DNA of 64,000 nucleotides from a virus: IMG/VR virus record IMGVR_UViG_3300045256_000135, positions 32,001 to 96,000 of that record; one strand, 5' to 3'. Shown piece by piece: positions 59,050 to 64,000 of this stretch (position 1 is its first letter; each line of letters starts with the position of its first letter). The notes under the pieces were generated by a model. It saw only the letters and a program-made list of their open reading frames with translations, ran no database searches and was not told where the DNA came from. The position numbers and the translations under genes were made by a program.

Positions 59050-59690
59050 TCACGTACCACCCAAGTGGCCGAAACACACTGTTTAGAATGCTTTTGGTCT
59101 CCGGTAGTGGGACGGGGCTAACTGGCCAAACGCCAACAATCTCGATTCAACGTAGATCTGATAGCAAATGGTGGGATGGTTCTGCTTGGCAAAACGCGAA
59201 GCAGGCTATCACCATGACTCAGACGGATGCAGTGAATCTTCCAGGCGACTACAGCTATGCGTTTAACCAAGCTTCAGCTGGTGGTGGCACCGAAGAGTAT
59301 CTTGTTCGTTACGAACAAAACGGAGTTGCTCCTAACATCGGAATAGATGAAGAGCAACACGTGTTTATACCTTTTGCTTCGACTCTGGTGCCTGAGAAGA
59401 AGCTTGGTATTGTCATGTCTGATGACGGAATTAACGTCAAGATCAGCGTCTGGATGGAGGAAGGTGGTCTGAGAGCGAACAACTACAATTCCATGGCCGC
59501 TCAAGTGAAGGACCCTTCAGGGAACCTGATCGTTGATCTAGGTACTGCAACCACCCAGAGCGTGGATGGTGTGTTCTCGTTTTTGACGACTGACTCTGCG
59601 ATTGTTCGGAACACGCCCTATCTGGTAACGGTACAAGCTACTCGAGGTGCGTCCGTCGATCTCGTACAGCAAGGTTTCGTTAGAGTTTGA
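59046..59690 (+). CDS. Putative virion structural protein (Ig-like)
   Basis: Beta-rich; gene context. Confidence 0.55.
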   Translation: MITYHPSGRNTLFRMLLVSGSGTGLTGQTPTISIQRRSDSKWWDGSAWQNAKQAITMTQTDAVNLPGDYSYAFNQASAGGGTEEYLVRYEQNGVAPNIGIDEEQHVFIPFASTLVPEKKLGIVMSDDGINVKISVWMEEGGLRANNYNSMAAQVKDPSGNLIVDLGTATTQSVDGVFSFLTTDSAIVRNTPYLVTVQATRGASVDLVQQGFVRV

Positions 59691-59702
59691 CTTTACCTAA
59701 GG

Positions 59703-59747
59703 TTGGTTTCAGACAGCTAACTAGTTAGCTGTAGGTTCTAGAACCTA
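59703..59747 (-). repeat. Palindromic intergenic element, copy C, inverted
   Basis: ACAGCTA-ACTAGT-TAGCTGT (59713-59732) next to TAGGTTCTAGAACCTA (59732-59747). Confidence 0.7.
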
Positions 59748-59969
59748 ACTACAGACAGGTATACACACGGTGTTAGTGGCTCCCACAAGTTCCTGGACAG
59801 TGTTACGCACCATCGGAGGCGATTTCAGTGTTGTTGGCGATCTGAACGCTAGATACTGTGATGTTCAGTTGTCAACTCCTGCTGATCGCTGTGTACCAGT
59901 TCTGTCGGATGCTGATTGTGAGTGCCCTGATGGACCTTGTGACACCCAACCACCCCTTAGGACCATCAC

Positions 59970-61163
59970 ATGAGTGTTGTAGTACGCAATAACGCACAGT
60001 TCATTCGGCGTGGTGCTGTTGGCCGTGTAACCGTACAGTTGGTTGATTGCGACGGAAACGCGATCAATGCTAGTTCTGTGAAGCTGAATGTTATTCGTGG
60101 TGACTGTGTAATCTACAGCGAGGACCTCAATCAGGTGTATGTGGCACCTAGGGTCCACCGCATCTTCAAAATCTCTGGAAGCGTAGGGCAGTACGCTATT
60201 GATTGGGGAGATCAAGAGTTTCCAGCGACTATCACTGGTAGTGCTGGAGTGTACCCAACTGGCTTTGTCGGTGGGGAGACACTACGTCTTCAACTGGATG
60301 ATCAGATTCAAACGATTGCTTTTCAAAACACCGATCAGACGTTGGACCAGTGCATTAATCGAGTGAATGCTACATATGGCCCGATTTTTGGTCAGTTGGT
60401 AGCTTTCAACGACAGTGGACAGATCCAGTTTAGATCAAAGCGGCTTGGGCGAATTGGATCTACTGGTGTTGTCAATCCTGGTACGTCCCCATCTGTTTCA
60501 ACAGCTTTTGGTATCCCTGTAAACACATCCGTCACTGGTACATACAGAGAGCAAGAGACATCCTGTACTGACACCCTGTTGTTTGAGTGGATTGCTACTG
60601 ATGCTCTGCATCCTTCTGAAGAAATTCGAGTGATGCAAGTTGTATATGTACTTCCGCCAGTGATCTTTCAGATCCTTCCACAATTTCGGCTAATGCTGGA
60701 CAAGAGCTTAAAGCTAGTTGACCCAGCAGCTGGAAACATGCTCGGGTACACCGATAGCATGCTCCTGCAATACCTGATTGGTGGGATTCAAACGATCAAC
60801 CAAGCACAGCCAAGTATCTTTTTCTCGTTGGACAACTACCCGTACCGAGACTTTGGGAGTTTACTGATGGAGGCTTCCCTATATTGGGGCCTTTTGTCAC
60901 AAGTGCTGTATGCTGTTGATACAGACGTGCCCAATTACTCGGACCAAGGTGCGAGCTTCGTTATCAACCACTTCCAATCGCTCAAGGGCGTGCTTGATTC
61001 AATGAGCCAAGCACTTGAGCGAAAGATCCCGTTGATGAAGCTCCACTTCGTTAATACTGGATCAGTGCTAACTCAGATGGGTCCGTCCTTCAGACTTGAA
61101 GCTCTCTTGGTTGCTGCACCTAACGGAAGTTTGTTCAGGAACACATTCATGGGTGGCAACTGA
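59970..61163 (+). CDS. Putative neck/head-tail connector protein with N-terminal beta domains
   Basis: Helical C-terminal domain with YSDQGASF motif; gene context. Confidence 0.55.
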   Translation: MSVVVRNNAQFIRRGAVGRVTVQLVDCDGNAINASSVKLNVIRGDCVIYSEDLNQVYVAPRVHRIFKISGSVGQYAIDWGDQEFPATITGSAGVYPTGFVGGETLRLQLDDQIQTIAFQNTDQTLDQCINRVNATYGPIFGQLVAFNDSGQIQFRSKRLGRIGSTGVVNPGTSPSVSTAFGIPVNTSVTGTYREQETSCTDTLLFEWIATDALHPSEEIRVMQVVYVLPPVIFQILPQFRLMLDKSLKLVDPAAGNMLGYTDSMLLQYLIGGIQTINQAQPSIFFSLDNYPYRDFGSLLMEASLYWGLLSQVLYAVDTDVPNYSDQGASFVINHFQSLKGVLDSMSQALERKIPLMKLHFVNTGSVLTQMGPSFRLEALLVAAPNGSLFRNTFMGGN

Positions 61164-62896
61164 TGACTGCAAGAGAAGAAAACAGTGTTGAGAAGTGGGA
61201 CGCAATCTGGGTGAGTGAAGGCTCTGAGACATGGAGAGCTACAGCACTAGATGCAGTGTATCAGAGAATTGTTCAGCTGATCCCTCGTGGCTCCAAGGTG
61301 ATAGATCTTGGTGGTGGCGTTGGTGTTCTTGGAAAGCTACTTCAAGAAGCCGGACACGACGTTGAGATTTGGGAGCAGTCAGGAGCAGCAATAGCAGCTG
61401 CTAAACAGGCTGGATTGAATGCTCAGCAAGTTGATTTTGTGACGGACCTACCCACCTTCCCAGAGGGATCAGTTATAGTAGCTACTGAGGTGTTGGAACA
61501 TTTTGACCGAGAGCTTAGATTCAAGATTCTAAACCAAGCTAGAGGTCATCTGTGCCTCTTTTCAGTGCCTAACGATCGGTTAGGACCAGAAGAGGAACCA
61601 CAGCATGCTGTGAAGTACACTGCTTTGAAGTTCCTACAAGATTTGCGAGAGCAGTGCAGTAAAGATGCACGTGTTGAGGTACTTGGTCCACCGAAAGATC
61701 GAAGACGCGTACCAGCGTTCTTACTTGGGGTGTGTGGTCAGCCAAAAGCTCACACACTCTCTATGACGATGCCAGTTCGAGATGAGGCTGAGGACATCGA
61801 AGAAGTCTTAGCCTCTTTTCGTGGCGTATCCGACGAGATCGTCATTGGGGTAGACCCGCGAACCAAAGATGACACGTTTGCAATTTGTGAGAAGTATTGC
61901 GAGAAGGTCTTTTACCTAACCGAGCTACTTGGTCCACCTGACGAGCAAGTACCTGAAGGTGGCTTCCATTTCTCTCATGCTCGCAATCAGTGCATCAATC
62001 GTTGTTCGAGCGAGTGGATCTTTATGACTGAAGGTCATGAACGGCTTGGTTCTGGACAGGATGCACTATTGAACCTCGGAAAGCTCTGCCCACCTGAGGC
62101 AATGGTTGGTTTTGTTTTGCGGACGGGGCAGGGTCAGCAGTGGGGGTTCCCGTGGCTGTTTAGGAACAAGCCTACGATTAGATTTCGAAGAGCGACACAT
62201 AATGACCTCGACTTTCCGCAAAGCTACCTCGTTGTACGATTGCCACAGGTTAAGACTATTCACCAGCGAGTCCACGAACGAGACATTGCTAGACAAAAGC
62301 AGAGAAAGGTTCAGAACAGAGTCACACTTATGCAGGACTGGATGGCAAACCAGTCGGAAATGTCGCTCTATTACTTGGGTTCTGAGTGGAGAGAATACGA
62401 CGACGAGCGAGCGATGTCGTATCTCAAACAGTTCATTACGATCAATAGATCGAATGGCCCAATGCGGTACAATACTCGTCTAATCCTTTGCAAGATGCTT
62501 GGTAATCTAGGTAGACTAGATGAAGCACGAGAAATACTCATACCAGCGGTTGGTGATGATTGGAGTAGGACTGAGCACTGGATCTGGCTCGGTGACATTA
62601 TGCACGTGCAAGAGCGGTACGAAGAAGCTCTGCAGTACTACCAGTATGGTGCTACGCGGATTGGTGATCCACCCTTCACTCTCTGGTGGATAGACCTATC
62701 ATTCTATTCGTACATTCCCGCACAAAGGCTTGCGATGTGCTATAGTGCTCTAGGCCGTTTGGAGGATGCACTTCAGTGGGCTAAAGCATCGAAGGACTTA
62801 CTACCACCCGATGTTCCAGAAGAGCTCGTTCAAGAGCACATTAAAAACATAGAGACAATTGAGGAGGCTTTAGCCAATGCATCTGCAAGACAATGA
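61163..62896 (+). CDS. SAM methyltransferase + GT2 glycosyltransferase + TPR fusion
   Basis: VIDLGGGVG, EVLEH; MPVRDEA...DEIVIG...FSHARN; TPR helices. Confidence 0.88.
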   Translation: MTAREENSVEKWDAIWVSEGSETWRATALDAVYQRIVQLIPRGSKVIDLGGGVGVLGKLLQEAGHDVEIWEQSGAAIAAAKQAGLNAQQVDFVTDLPTFPEGSVIVATEVLEHFDRELRFKILNQARGHLCLFSVPNDRLGPEEEPQHAVKYTALKFLQDLREQCSKDARVEVLGPPKDRRRVPAFLLGVCGQPKAHTLSMTMPVRDEAEDIEEVLASFRGVSDEIVIGVDPRTKDDTFAICEKYCEKVFYLTELLGPPDEQVPEGGFHFSHARNQCINRCSSEWIFMTEGHERLGSGQDALLNLGKLCPPEAMVGFVLRTGQGQQWGFPWLFRNKPTIRFRRATHNDLDFPQSYLVVRLPQVKTIHQRVHERDIARQKQRKVQNRVTLMQDWMANQSEMSLYYLGSEWREYDDERAMSYLKQFITINRSNGPMRYNTRLILCKMLGNLGRLDEAREILIPAVGDDWSRTEHWIWLGDIMHVQERYEEALQYYQYGATRIGDPPFTLWWIDLSFYSYIPAQRLAMCYSALGRLEDALQWAKASKDLLPPDVPEELVQEHIKNIETIEEALANASARQ

Positions 62897-63359
62897 CGAG
62901 TTGATCGGTGGTTACGTTACACTCGAGCTGATTCGTGATGGGAAGAATGGCCCCGAGGTTATTCACACGGAGACTCAGCACAACCTCGTTGTCAATACGG
63001 GAAAACGTCAACTTTGGCGTCAGTCTATGGGATTGAATACCAAAGTGTGGAACTTTTTCCGCATTGGAACGTCGTCTGGTGCAGCCAACTCAGCTCAGAC
63101 CAACCTGATCAGTCCCGTAACGAACACACTGAAGACTGCTGATGCAAAAACGCTTCTTTCAGGTACGCGAACCGCTCAGTGGGTGATAAGCTACCCATCC
63201 GGCGCAGGCACCAAGAGCGTCACTGGTATCAAGGAGGTTTGTCTCTTCAATCAGAGAACCTCACCAGGTGGTTCTGCTCTAATGCGCACCACGTTCACCT
63301 CTGTCAATAAGACCACAGCGGACAAGCTTCGGATTACGTACAAGGCGAGAGTGACCTGA
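62877..63359 (+). CDS. Putative tail/baseplate-associated structural protein
   Basis: HNLVVNTG...IGT...IKEVCLFN...KTTADKLRITY. Confidence 0.7.
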   Translation: MHLQDNDELIGGYVTLELIRDGKNGPEVIHTETQHNLVVNTGKRQLWRQSMGLNTKVWNFFRIGTSSGAANSAQTNLISPVTNTLKTADAKTLLSGTRTAQWVISYPSGAGTKSVTGIKEVCLFNQRTSPGGSALMRTTFTSVNKTTADKLRITYKARVT

Positions 63360-63562
63360 TGCTGGATAAGGTTGCAACCACTGATGAGATTACCACTGAG
63401 CTAGCTGAGTTGGTTCAACCGAACAACCCGTGCTACTCCTGTGGGAAAGAGACAGTTGAATACACGTATGAAGTCGATCCAGTAACTCAGCGACCAGGTG
63501 CAGTGCTTTCACGTATATGTTCGTCTGATTCCTGTAGAAAGATCCAGTGATGGTGTGGTTGT

Positions 63563-64000
63563 ATGGCACTGCACACCAAAACGATTGAGTATGTTGTTCA
63601 AGGGCAAGCAGCGCAACAAGCTGCTAACACGCTCTTAACATTTAGCTCAATCAATATTGACATCCCTGAGACAGTGGGCAGGACGTTTAAGTCTTGCATT
63701 CTTGTTATAACGTACACATCGTTCAGGACAACATCAACGTCATCGACGACTGCTCCAACAGCTTCAATCAAGCTTGGTGCAGCTACAGCCACGAACTTCA
63801 CGATTGGCACTGACACTGGCAATGGTGTCACGTACATCGACTACAGGCCATTAGAGCATTGGTTAGATTGTACGTCACACTTTGTTAGCAACTACTCTGG
63901 TACTTCACTTGGCTGCGTAATTACGTTTCAGAGTCCTGTAGCAACTCAGTCCATTTGCGCTAAAGTCATCATCACATACGAGTATGATGACAGCAATACC
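63563..64000 (+). CDS. Putative tail fibre/structural protein, 3'-partial
   Basis: MALHTKTIEY... is open to the window end; Thr/Ser-rich. Confidence 0.6.
   Translation, partial: MALHTKTIEYVVQGQAAQQAANTLLTFSSINIDIPETVGRTFKSCILVITYTSFRTTSTSSTTAPTASIKLGAATATNFTIGTDTGNGVTYIDYRPLEHWLDCTSHFVSNYSGTSLGCVITFQSPVATQSICAKVIITYEYDDSNT

Noticed and set aside
59770-59973. 67-aa Cys-containing ORF as a confident gene
   Set aside because: GTG start without a clear SD and no recognisable motif; left uncalled.

Overview
This window is a 64 kb piece of a large tailed dsDNA phage genome. It uses the standard genetic code and almost all genes lie on the + strand. Bases 1-31.8 kb are mostly small accessory genes: nucleotide metabolism, repair, NusG, phosphatases, an envelope/lysis cluster and five tRNAs. 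Many of these genes sit behind a 10-copy sigma70-like promoter whose spacing implies leaderless mRNAs. Bases 31.9-64 kb are the morphogenesis module: terminase, three very large multidomain proteins, portal, MuF, prohead protease, scaffold, major capsid, and neck/tail genes. The main candidate novel system is a block of probable virion-packaged effector polyproteins between terminase and portal. They carry tandem kinases, ferritin plus pyrophosphatase-like domains, and an ADP-ribosyltransferase. Two of them share a near-identical Cys/His tag, and head proteins carry recurring K/R-x-A motifs at domain boundaries. Other notable signals are a ~385 nt highly structured non-coding region, an IscB-type PLMP/RRXRR domain fused to a non-nuclease gene behind a structured leader, a second TTCG-N13-TANNNT promoter class, and a 3-copy palindromic element. 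All protein calls come from motif recognition by eye; no searches were run.
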